NCBI GenBank assembly: GCA_030704615.1
Contig: CM060733.1
Location: forward strand, 23,560,001 to 23,624,000
Direction: 5' to 3'
DNA from: Takakia lepidozioides
Lineage: Eukaryota > Plantae > Bryophyta
DNA length: 64,000 nt
Both the position numbers and the translations under genes were made by a program. The notes below the pieces were generated by a model, which saw only the letters and a list, made by a program, of their open reading frames with translations, ran no database searches and was not told the origin of the DNA. Shown here in pieces: positions 53,039-64,000 of this stretch. Position 1 is the first letter of the stretch, and each line of letters opens with the position of its first letter.

Positions 53039-56000
53039 TTAATCTTGAAAATCATCCGAATCCTCATCCTGTTCTAGACTGTCCTGCTCCTCCTCCACCC
53101 CCTCAGTGCCTCTCTCATCTCCAGCGGACTGCTCGTTGGCCAGGCTTTCGAAAATCCCATCTTCCCCTTGCGGAACTGTCCATCTCACCTCCGTTGGGTC
53201 GTCTTCCTCCCTGTCTGCGTCGCTCTCATCCGCTGAATCACATATGTACTTTCGTACCCGTCTACCTGTCTGAGCTGCTGCCAACTCTTTCCTTATCCTT
53301 CTGTCCTCCCTAGCCCTCTCCAAAATCTGCTCTACTTTACTGGGATTCTCACTTCTTCTAATCGCTGTATTTGCGAGTTTAGCTGCATAACTAGGAAGGG
53401 AGTAGTCCCTCACCGGGCTCGTCATGAAGTCGGCCCTCGCAAAGAACGGGACATTCTTCCTGGCAGGAAGTGTAGGCCCTACATGTTTCGACCCGGACCC
53501 TGCAATCCTGCACATGACAATCATCAACGAGACTAATGAGAACCACAGTCGGGAAATTCCTTTGACATAAATGACCCAGAAGGCTTTGCAAACTTACAAT
53601 GTTTGCACTCACTCGTATTCCGGGTTCTCCTCTGCATCAATGTCCACTGTGTCTTCCTCGGACTCCGACGAATCCGAGGAGACTTCCGCTCTGTCGGGAG
53701 CCTTCACATTCCGTTGCAGCCCCTCCAGATGGGATCCCCACACGGATGAATCCTCCTCGTAGGCAAAGAGGTGCCGGTCGGAAAACCGCCCAGCCCACAT
53801 TGAGGCACCTGTTACAATGCCATCCACACATTACCACATGGCGCTTCAGATGTTGCGAACTACATCCTAACGAGAATTTGCAGAACAGCAGAGATCAAGA
53901 TTCTGCATACCTGTCCCACAGATGAGGTCCAGCACTGTGCCCTCCACGTCTGTGCATGTCTCCATAATTGTCTGAATGAAGGCAGGGCTCCGAGTCCGTG
54001 AGTACCGCAGGGGTTCCGTTGAAGTGAGGCTATGAGGGAGAAGTTCCTTGGGAACGTTGTTGAACAGAACGTCGTAATCGAGTGGGTCGCAGTTCGGGTC
54101 AACCTTTCCTCCCTCCTTCCGGAAAGCAAAGGTGGAGTTTTCCTTCACAAAGCAGTATGCATCGAACTGCTTCGTCTGCATACACAGGGGGAAAACGATT
54201 AGAAACCGAATGCGGCACCGCATTTGAAAGCACCCAAGCAAATGAATGGACGAGTGCCAGTGTCGTAATCACCTTCTTCCCTTCCGACCGAAGGCCCAGT
54301 GTGTTGATGCACGTCCACTTCTTTTTCAGAATCGGGACGGCGCTCTTGCGGGTCCACTTCGCAATTCCTGTCTGAGTGTTTTTTCCTCTGCTCGCCAGGA
54401 CAACCACACAGCCTCTGTCGTCCAACACCATGCGGGCAAGCCCGAATCCTTTCTTCCAAAAGTCCTCCGAGTACCTGTTCCAAGATGGCAAAGCTTGCAG
54501 TCCTTCCACAGGCTCTCCGTCCGGAATATCCAAGATGATCATATCGCAAGACCACTCGGTGGCATTTCCGCCCCTCCTACAATCCTTGTCTGCACACACC
54601 CTCTCAAAGAACGAGACCATATTCTGAAATCCTGGGGTGTCGGAAGGCTCTTCGGCAGTCGCCTTCTTCAGTGCTCTGCCCTTCAGACCCTCCATGGTCT
54701 TCATGTATGCCAACTTGGCTGCCCGTCCATCCAAAGCCGCCAAGAAACTCTCATTTACACACTGGACTACAGTTTCGGGAGCCACTTTCGGCCTCTTCAT
54801 TTCCACCGGCTCGAAAGGGTGCCCCCCTGGGGGGTTGAAGAGTGCCTTCTTTGCCGAGCCAGTTCTCGTGCCTCTCGTGACAACGGTGGGCACAGGGGAG
54901 GCAGCCTGCGTTTGGGGGGGTGGGCTGGTTGCAAAGTCTCCATCGGAGTCCTCTTCCTCACCCTCTTCCTGAACAGGCTGTTTCTGCTTCTTCGTTTTGG
55001 CGGGTGTCACAACAGCTGCTCCTTGCTGGCGAGTCCTCTTCTTCGACCCCTTCTGTTGGGCCTGCACAGCTGCATCCACCGTCTTTTGTGCCATCTCAGC
55101 TGCCTTTCTGGATTCTTCCAGAGCAGCAGATTCCTTTGCCGACTTTGGCCCAGCAGGGACACGTCTTTCCTTTCTCTTCTCTTCTGCCAAGGCGTGCAGA
55201 TCTTTCTCAGACTCGTCAACAATACCGCCAGACATGTCCAGGTACCACGGGCATCCAACGAGATGCGCGGGATGCCATTGTTTCTGCATCTCGGGTGTGT
55301 AGACACAGCTTGGGCCCGCCACGGTCCAAGCCATGAAGAACGGGGGCTCTTGAGCCAGGGCCCCTGTCTGAAGGAGCACGTATTTCATATACCTGCAAGG
55401 CAGTCAGCATGCGTGAGCAAAAGTTGAGACCAACCTACTGGCAGAGTGCCACCGAAAACATAAAATGCGAATGCGGTGCCGCATTTCCGAGACAAACCTC
55501 GTAACCAGGCTTCGCATACAAGGGCAGCTGTGCTTCACCTGTAAACAATTCGCATTGCAGCTTTCCCCGCTCCCTCCTGATGTGTAAACTCCACGCTCCT
55601 TCTTGCTGTCTGTAGCTCTCTGGCGAAAAGGTTGTCCTTGTACGCACATCTGAAACGTGTCACGTAGTCTTCCAATGTCTGTGTTCCATCCCATTTGACG
55701 TACAAGCCGAACGAATTTGTGTGCATTACGACTTGCTCCTTCGCATTCGACATTACCTGCGATTCCCAAATGCATTGTCACGTAGCAGTTCAGGGAATTC
55801 ATGTCAGAAAAGCAAATCTGGGGAAGTACCTTGAATTACCTGGAACCACCAAGTCATACGGTTGAGCCACACATCCACTGCAGGGTCGGAAACTTCCAGT
55901 GGAAAAGACCACATTGTCCTTATGCTCTCGGATGCATTCCAGATCGACAGCCACCGTGTCTGCCATTTCCGATCCAATGTCAGTGGCTGGAAGAGAGTGG

Positions 56001-58162
56001 CTATTGCTAGGAAGGAAATTCAGTGCATTGAAACCTCACCTTCTCTTTCGCCTCCACACATGCCGTTGAGAGGTGATGCAGTTTCTCCAATTGCATGGTC
56101 GGCTGCATGGCCCGAGAATAGTGTTTTGCAATCTCGGGGATGAAGTCCTTTCCAAGTGCCGGATCTGCAATTGCCACCAGCTTCACAAGCTTTGACTTGT
56201 ATTTGGTTCTGGACTTGACACCGGCTTCCTTCAAGTGCTCAGTCAATGACTGCAACGTTTTGACCTGCCCCTCACTTTCCATGAAGAAGCGTTTGGCATG
56301 GGCCAAATCCAGCTTGATGTTTGACTGCCAACAAAAACATGCAGAAGCGTTACATTCGATTCATGTGGAAACATTACTGGAAATTGGGGAAGGATGAGCA
56401 GAGGGAAATTGGAGCACGACTTACTTCGTATATCACCTCCACCATTCCATCCATAGTGAGACGATACCATGTCCGGTCTGTTTTTGCAACGGCTTTCTGA
56501 ATGAGCTCGGCTCCAGCATTTCCGCAAACATCTGCGGATCAGTAAGACCAGTTTTCCTCACCCTGTACAGCATATGTGCCATGTGGGTATGCACGTACGC
56601 ATTCTCAGTGACCCTGCAAGGCACACTCTCCAGTTCAGTACACGGAAGCACGGAATCAAACCAGAATGGAAACCGAAATGCGGCACCGCATTTCGAACGT
56701 GCTAGGGAGGGTATGAGTATCTTACGAGTTGAGGTCCGCCATGGCATTCTTGAGGAGGGAGGAGTCTGCCGCCTTCACCTTGAGGATGACACACTCCACC
56801 ATGTAATGCCAGCCAATGTGCTTGGCATGGTTCTGCTTGATGTACTCCCACCAGGCGAGAAGTCGGTGATTCCCGTCCCACACAAAGAACATTTTTCCCG
56901 ACATATGGCCGAAGTCGGGATCACCCTTCAGCGTCGCCTCGAATTCGTGGTTGCGAGTGTGCCAGTGGGTATCCCACGTTGACAATTCATCGGCAGTGGG
57001 TCCACGGGTTTCGCCGTCCTCATTCTCTATGGAAACGTAAAACGCTGCCGATCCCAGACGGTACCCTTCTCGAAATGCGAACTTGAGCTTATCCACATCT
57101 CCGGGAAGGGCCTGCCTGACGATGGGAAGGGAGACCATGCGACAGAGTGGGATTCGAAGAGTCCGCTGGAATACCCTGCTGCCCAGAACTCTGCCAATGC
57201 TACTGTGTGTCTCCTCCAACATTTTATCCGCTGCACTTTTGAAATCCTCCGGAGACATGTCTGTAGGTGCCGGTAGTGGCTGAGCAGCTGGAGCATCCTC
57301 AACTGGAGCTGCACTCTGGGGCCTGTGTGCGGGCAATTCTGCCATTGCAGAGGCCTCCTCCGGGCCTGCTAGCTCATCGGTGGTGAGGTCTGCCTGCGAA
57401 CGTTCAGCGGCAGCACCCTCCTCCGGTACCAAATCGAGATCAACGGTCGATCCCATTGCCTTCGCTGCAGCAGAGTCGGCCCCAACATCTGCAGGCGGGA
57501 AATCCTCCAGGAACTGAGCTTCAGCTCGTGGAAGCGGTTTTGCGGGAGATTGTTCGCCCGTCGCCCTGATTGCCTTCTGCTTCCTCATCCTTGCAGGTGA
57601 AGGTGTCTGCTGCAATTGAATCTGTCTTCTACCCTGCTGCTTCATTCGCGTTGGGGGGGGTGAATCGGCCTGAGCCGGTTCAGAAGCCAGTAGAGGGACG
57701 GGCTGCTTCTTCTTCGACTTTGCTGGAGAAGGGCCCGACCCCTGCTGGCGATTCTCCATGATCGAAGAACGCGAGTCGATCTCTGAGACTTTGAACTTGC
57801 CCTTCGAAGACGCGTCTTTGAATCGCAGAGGGCTAGGCCCGGCAGGAGTACCCGCGCTCGGGGATCGGGTGGGTGTACGTGCTGCAGCTAGCTCCTCGGA
57901 CTCTTCCTGCGGCTCTTCGGATTCCTGCGATCCCTCCAGCACGTCCACCTTTCCTGTTAGGCATGCAAACATGTTCTGCATTCAAGTCTCCTAGCATTCA
58001 GTCTAAGAATTACAGAAGCAAAATGGGGGGTTCGGTGCTCGATCAGCTGCGCGCAGCCCGATCGCATGGAGCTCTCACTGGTGGCTGGGTTGCCTGAGTG
58101 GCCTGCTGCTCGGAGATGGCAATCTCCTCCTGTAGACGCATCTGCTTCCTCCCCTTCGGCAT
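53039..58162 (-). CDS. Multi-exon gene: ParB/Srx-like N-terminal domain plus beta-class DNA amino-methyltransferase-like C-terminal domain
   Basis: FFVWDGNHRLLAW (about 56863-56880) is the ParB/Srx GxxR motif. DMIILDIPDG lies at 54516-54530. RSPAFIQTIMETCTDVEGTVLDLICGT splices (GT 53910, AG ending 53809) to GASMWAGRFSDRHLFAYEED, which matches the SAM-binding motif I region. Exons are linked by GT-AG introns. The 5' end is uncertain and a 1-nt frameshift near 56510 is possible. Confidence 0.7.
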
Positions 58163-58599
58163 TGGCCTACGTCCGAAGTATAATTTCCGGAGCTTGCGAC
58201 GAGGTCTCCTGTCTGGTGCACGAACTCCCCCCCTCTCAGGTTCGAGCATAAGAAGAACAGAGAGAGGGAAAAGGGGCAAAGAGTGCAGATGGAAAGGGCG
58301 CGAGAGGGGTGACTGAGGAGACACGACAAAAGTAGATGAAACGGCGGTGATGCACCACTTGGGTTCGAAAGGTTGGACGAAAGTGTCTCCTCGTGGAGTT
58401 TGCGTCATTACGAAATTCGAATCGTTGAGGGTACGCCTGCCGTCCGAAAATCAAACATCATTATCCAACGGTCAGGCCGCGCCGCCTCATGCCCCTTCAG
58501 TCAGATAGAGTGCCGACATGTGCAGCAATTCCGTTGCTCCACGTGTTCACATTTCAAGGCATTTCCGTCCCAGCGTCTGATGAGTTGGAGCGAGAATGC

Positions 58600-60195
58600 G
58601 AATGCGGCGCCGCATTTCCGTTAAGTACGATCACTCTGCTACACATCCGTACTTGTTGGAAGAAAATGCGGCACCGCATTTCCGTTCCACCTTCACATAC
58701 CTTAGTTGTTGAACGGAAATACGGTGCCGCATTTCCGTCCCACAGCTCCATGTATGAGATTCAGAAGGGAAATGCGGCGCCGCATTTCCGTTCCCACTTC
58801 ACATACGTTAGTTGATGAATGGAAATGCCGTGCCACATTTCCGTTCGGGAAAGTATAGAGGTCTCACCTGGACAGAAATGCGGTGTCGCATTTCCGGTCT
58901 GGAAAGGTTGAAGGTCTCACATGGATGGAAATGCGGCAACACATTTCCGTAGCACAGCTCCAGGCCGAATATACAAAACGGAAATGCGGCGCCGCATTTC
59001 CGTTCGAGAATGTCGGAAGGTGCGACTCGAACGGAAATGCGGTGCCGCATTTCTGTACCCGTTGCGCACGATTTTCAGTCAGAATGGAAATGCGGTACCG
59101 CATTTCCGTTCTGTAGAGTATTAACGTCTGACGCTGGCGGAAATGCCTTCCCGCATTTTCGTTCCACAGCTCCATGCCTCACATACAAAACGGAAATGCG
59201 GTGCCGCATTTCCGTTTTGGAATGTCGGATGGTGGGACTCCGACGGAAATGCGGTACCGCATTTCAATTCCGATGTTTCAGGATATTTCATCAGAACGGA
59301 AATGCGGTGCCGCATTTCCCTTTTAAATCTAATACATTCCGTTCTGGAATGTTGGGAGGTGCGACTCGGATGGAAATGCGCTGCCGCATTTCAGTTCCGA
59401 TGGTTCACGATTTTCAGTCAGAACGGAAATGCGGTGCCGCATTTCCGTTCTGGAATGATGGTAGGTGCGACTCGGATGGAAATACGGTGCCGCATTTCAG
59501 TTCAGATAGTTCACGATTTTCAGTCAGAACGGAAATGCGGTGCCGCATTTCCGTTCTGGATAGTGTGAATGTCTCAACCGGTCGGAATTGCGCTGTATGA
59601 AGCTGTCGGAATCTTACTCGGCTCCAGGCATCAGATACAAAATGGAAATGCGGCGCCGCATTTCCTTTATGGAATGTCGAAAAGTGCGACTCGGACGGAA
59701 ATGCGGTGCCGCATTTCTGTTCCCGTTGTTCATAATTCTCAATCAGAACGGAAATGCGGTACCGCATTTCCGTTCCACTTCACATACCGTGCTTGTTGAA
59801 TGAAAATGCGGTACCGCATTTCCGTTCTCGAGAGTATGAATGTCTTTTAAGGACGGAAATGTGCTGCAGCATTTCTATCCCTCAGCTCCATGCATCAGAT
59901 ACAAAATGGAAATGCGGCGCCGCATTCCCGTTCTGGAATGTCGAAAAGTGCGACTCGGACGGAAATGCGGTGCCGCATTTCTGTTCCCGTTGTTCATAAA
60001 TCTCAATCAGAACGGAAATGCGGTACCGCATTTCCGTTCCACCTTCACATACCGTGCTTGCTGGATGGAAATGCGTTACCGCATTTCCGTTCTGGAGAGT
60101 ATAAAGGTTTCCCCCGGACGGAAACTCGGTGCCGCATTTCCGTCGCTCTGTTGCATGACCAAGATGCAATACGGAAATGCGGCGCCGTATTTCCG
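58600..60195. repeat. Palindrome array B2: 22-bp GGAAATGCGGTGCCGCATTTCC every 53 bp (about 30 copies) with 31-bp variable spacers
   Basis: Starts at 58981, 59034, 59087, 59140, 59193, 59246, 59299 (53-bp steps), then 59373, 59426, 59479, 59532. Spacers fall into about five recurring classes. Confidence 0.95.
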
Positions 60196-60623
60196 TCCAC
60201 CAGCAATCGACAGAATCACTCGGGACGGGAAATCTGGAACCTCAATGGGTTGCATTGTTCCGAAACAACACAATTGCGGCCAGTCTTGATGAGCACAACT
60301 TGGTTGTCTGACCGTTTTAACCAGCAGTCCTGGCACTTGTCAGTGCGAACGTTCCTGTCTGCACCGAGAATACTGCTGGATCCACCCTCAGGAGAAACTG
60401 TCAGGAGATGTTATTTCGTCGCCGAATCGGCCATCATTGTCCTACTCACTGGCTATGGAATCAAACCTCCCACCTTCATGCATGTAGCTTGAAACAATAC
60501 TTTCCACTTCAATGTGCGACTTCCAATTGTCGATGGACTCCGCAGATCCACTTAGATGGTGCCTGTGAGCCTTGGTCTGTCGCTATACTGAACCTCGCAC
60601 TTGCCAACTCCGTGCGGTGTTCG

Positions 60624-63600
60624 ATGGCTCCGAATTCCTACGCTATAGTTTGCTGTCCTCCGCAACTTGGGAGAGCCTGGATCCCAAACGAGGGAGGACT
60701 TTGCAGAGTGACTGAAACTTACCTTTGTTCCAAATTCAAGCTCAAACCGGGCACAGTTTATTTGGAAGAAGAAAGGAAGGATGTTCCTGGACAGGTTGAC
60801 GAGACCATTGTCGTGCTAGGTAACGACGGAGGTTGCGGAATCGAATGGCACGTTCCCCCGTCAGACACCATCCTGTACCGAGCTGTGGGAATGCCCATTC
60901 CCTTTCCGAATCAGTCGCTGCCCACACCATCCACAAAGGAGTCCGGAAACCGAGAGGCGGCCACTGCCAACAGAGAGGTATGCAACGATAATCATTCCCG
61001 ACCTGGACCGTCAAGACCCTCCATAGCTTCTCGTGTGGACGTATTCGACATTTCCGACGAGGAAGATGATTGCATTGAGGTACCCATGTCCTCCACACGG
61101 TCGTTCAAATCCGGCATGGACGTCTCTGTAGGTGCTACGCATGTGCCCTCGAGCATAACTCCAACCCGGTCCATTGTGCAGCTCCTACGACAACATCACC
61201 TCGATGGTTCTCGCTCCGAGCTGGCTGCTCTCGACTATGCCAAATTCCCAGTCAGAAAGGTAACTTTTCTGCCTCCCGAAGTCGATGGCAATGTCATCTT
61301 CGAGTTTCCACCTGTTTCTTCGTCAAAGAAAGCCTCCGGGATGTTAACAGACATGGATCGAAAGCATGACGGACACCCCTGGTGTGTGACGAAGACCAGT
61401 AGCACGAAAATTGCTGATGGTGTTCGTGTACGATATGTCCTCTGTGCGGGGAAGCTGAGGTGCCTCAATCCCACCTGCTTCCACTTTCTCTCCAAAGGAG
61501 GGCGGAGAAACGAGACGGATTGGACTGGCACAACGCATCATCCATTCATTGTCTCCAGCCAAGCTCCTGCGGGTTCTTTCAAGTGTGCACATTGCAAAGA
61601 ACCACCGACGTGCATGTCCATGTGCAGAGCCAAGCAATATTACGTAATCCATTTGCTCCCGGACTTGACTAGAGCTTGCATACACGTTGGGGTCCACTGC
61701 CACCCCTTGGCGAGAGGCAACATGCGTGAGGCTGTGCAGGAAGCACACGACATCATAAAAGAGGAGGTGAAATTGAGCCCCGGAGCCAGACCAAAGCAGA
61801 TTCAGCTGAAGGCAGCCCACAAGATTGCTCTTGGCAAAATCATGTCTGAAGATGGTTCCGACCGAGAGCCCTTGACCGAAGACGAGATGCGTGACCTCTT
61901 GGAGTCCGTCTCGCACGTTTGTAGTCCGAATGTGCGGAATCACATCGTATCTTGCAAGCAGGAGTTCGGCAGGGGGTCGGACATGTACTCAATCCTGGAG
62001 GTGAAACGAATGACTGGATATGACTACATCCAAGGTAGCAGGTTTCCAGGGCAAGGCAGCGAATCCGATCGTTGTTACATTTTCAAAATGTCGACGTGTG
62101 GGCCTGGGAGTGGAGTCGACTTGGTCACTCGCATGACAACTGGAAACTTGTCGAATGCTTGGGTGATGTTTGATCACATCAAGCGAATTACAAACCATCA
62201 GTGGGTGACTATGGGTGCGCATGTTTATGACTATCACTCCAAGAGGCTCATGACGATTGCAATCTGCGAGATGAAAGGGGAGGACACACAGTCCGAGATG
62301 CATCTGTGGGAGGGCATAAACGAGCAGATGGCAAGGGCGGGATTGCCAGAGCCCAATTTCAGGGGATTCATGGCAGACAACGCTCAGGCCAACTGGGCAG
62401 CGGTGCGGCGTGTGTACGGTGAGGACCCCAATGTTCCAATGGAGGGGAAAGAGAGATCCTGTGGATTCCATTGGATGCAGAGTCTATCCCACTACACTAC
62501 CAAATTTGTTGCTAGCTCATTCCAGGCTGAACACCGTGTCCTTTGTACGGCGTGGAAGGATGCACCCACATTTGATGACGCGGAGGTTAAGTTTGCTATC
62601 ATCGAGGCTTGGTGGAACACGTCAGGTGCAGTGGAGACAACCAATCTGGGAGCATTGCACAGCTGGTTGGGGTGGTGGCATTTTCGGTATCGACAGTTCG
62701 GACAGTACATGCGGGAGGTAGGCTGCTGTCAATTTCGTTCATTTGTCTTTCTGTTACGGACATTTCGATTGGTCCCTCACCGTTGTTTGTGTCCTTCTAG
62801 GAGCGGTGCTTGGATTCCGACACGGACATGCCGAACACGAATATGGCAGAATCGGTCCACTCCTCCTGGCGAGCGTCTTCTGCCGCACATCTGGTGGACG
62901 TAGTGACGGCCACAACGGAGGACATCGACAGAGCAATCATGCAGCAAGCCACGTACTACAAGTTCCTGAGCGGCAAACAATGGGGCTTTGGGCCGGACAG
63001 GGAGGAATTGTTGGTACGAACAGCTTCGAGGTCCAAGAATCCAGTGAAATGGGCGACAGCATTGCGAGAGAAGATCAAAGGGACGCCTCTGCACCGCAGA
63101 GGTGAACACCTAGAGGGGGACGTCCGGACTCGCCCTGTCAGGCGGAGGATTGAAGAGGAACCCGGGTGCGAAGAGGATTCCTGGAGATCCGACAGGAACA
63201 TTCGGACAGCACCTCGAGGTCCCGTCATGTTGCCGCACAATGTGTCTTCCAGCAGTGGAAGCCCAAGAAATTCCAGATCGCCGTCGCCTTCAACCGGGGA
63301 TTTCGTGCAACAAATTCCCACCGCTCCCTTGCCCCACATTCCGCCCGCTGTTATGCAGTATGGCCAAGCCATTGTGGAGACGACTGTGTCTGCCTCACAG
63401 TGGAGAATTGCTCGCACAAAGCCGTCGTTTCGAGGAAGGTGTTCCGCAATTCGTGTGGATACACGGCAACGTTGTTTAGAGATGATAAGGAGGAATCCAG
63501 ATGGGGCTGTCCCTGCTCCTACTTTTACAGGAAGATTTGTCCATGCAAAGTTTGCGGAGGCGACAACCACCCAGTTCTGGTTCTGCAGGCACGACATTAT

Positions 63601-64000
63601 GACTTGCGTGTATGGAAAGCCCAAGTACGGCATACAGACAATGCCAGAGGCTCCCCCGGTGTGGCCGGTGGAACCAGGCTGCGATCTGAGTCAGGTTGAG
63701 GCCGACGCCCTTACCGCCGCAGGATTTCGGATGGTGCAGCGCACTGACGTCCCCAGACAACCATTTCCGCTTCCACAGCCTCCACCACCGACCCCTGTGA
63801 GAGCAAGAACAATGGGACACGACAGCTCTAAGCATCCTACACACCGTTGGGGGAAACCGAAGAGGCGGCGACCTCCCTCAAAAGTGAACGAGACAAGGAT
63901 GGGGAATGCACTTCGGATGAACTGTACAATCCAGAGCTCGACAGAAGTGCCCCCACCAGGATTCGGGCGTGTGTATCAGATGGCCACGGCGGGCTCAGCT
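60624..64000 (+). CDS. MULE-like DDE transposase with GCM/WRKY-like zinc domain (exon 60624-62717, then 62801 to the window end)
   Basis: WVMFDH (D1), FMADNAQAN (D2) and CGFHW (CxxH). After a phase-0 intron (GT 62718, AG 62800) comes TNMAESVHSSW (E), and the frame stays open to 64000. The end (PPPGFGRVY) aligns with the pre-SWIM region of element A. The start codon is inferred. Confidence 0.88.

Larger units (their letters stand above)
50351..64000. mobile_element. MULE-like DNA transposon, element B (right end outside the window; potentially autonomous)
   Basis: Left end GGGGGCTGCTATTTCATGAGCC resembles the element A left end and is followed by CATGAGC repeats. Same internal gene order as element A. 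Confidence 0.85.

Noticed and set aside
54246-55427. 393-aa plus-strand ORF
   Set aside because: Antisense shadow of the GC-rich cargo exon. The minus strand carries the conserved motifs.
53039-58162. Bacterial contamination explaining the ParB/MTase gene
   Set aside because: The gene has GT-AG introns conserved between two elements and is nested within plant retroelement sequence.
58600-60195. CRISPR array (palindromic repeat with constant-length spacers)
   Set aside because: Spacers recur in a cycle of about five classes rather than being unique, no cas genes are present, and the context is an intron-bearing plant transposon.

Overview
Repeat-rich nuclear DNA from a land plant, probably a non-seed plant (inferred from GT-AG introns, TTTAGGG-like tracts, PLS-class PPR remnants and dirigent-like genes). 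The only clear host genes are two near-identical two-exon dirigent-like genes (419-1381 and 43032-43994), which lie in a >=5.5-kb duplicated block; the rest is PPR pseudogenes and nested transposons. The standout is two related large Mutator-like (MULE) DNA transposons. Element A (18987-32422) has a 10-bp TSD and is internally deleted. Element B (50351 to the window end) has an apparently intact DDE transposase. Both share one layout: an intron-containing minus-strand gene for a beta-class DNA amino-methyltransferase-like protein (fused to a ParB-like domain in B), then an array of regularly spaced palindromes with a shared TGCG-N4-CGCA core, then a divergent plus-strand transposase. Also present are a Ty3/gypsy pol ending in a PHD finger, a deleted Ty1/copia, a gypsy gag, a Sola-like transposase remnant next to an FCP1/NIF-like phosphatase remnant, a probable SINE and foldback repeats. 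All domain calls come from motif recognition by eye, not database searches, and copy numbers are estimates.
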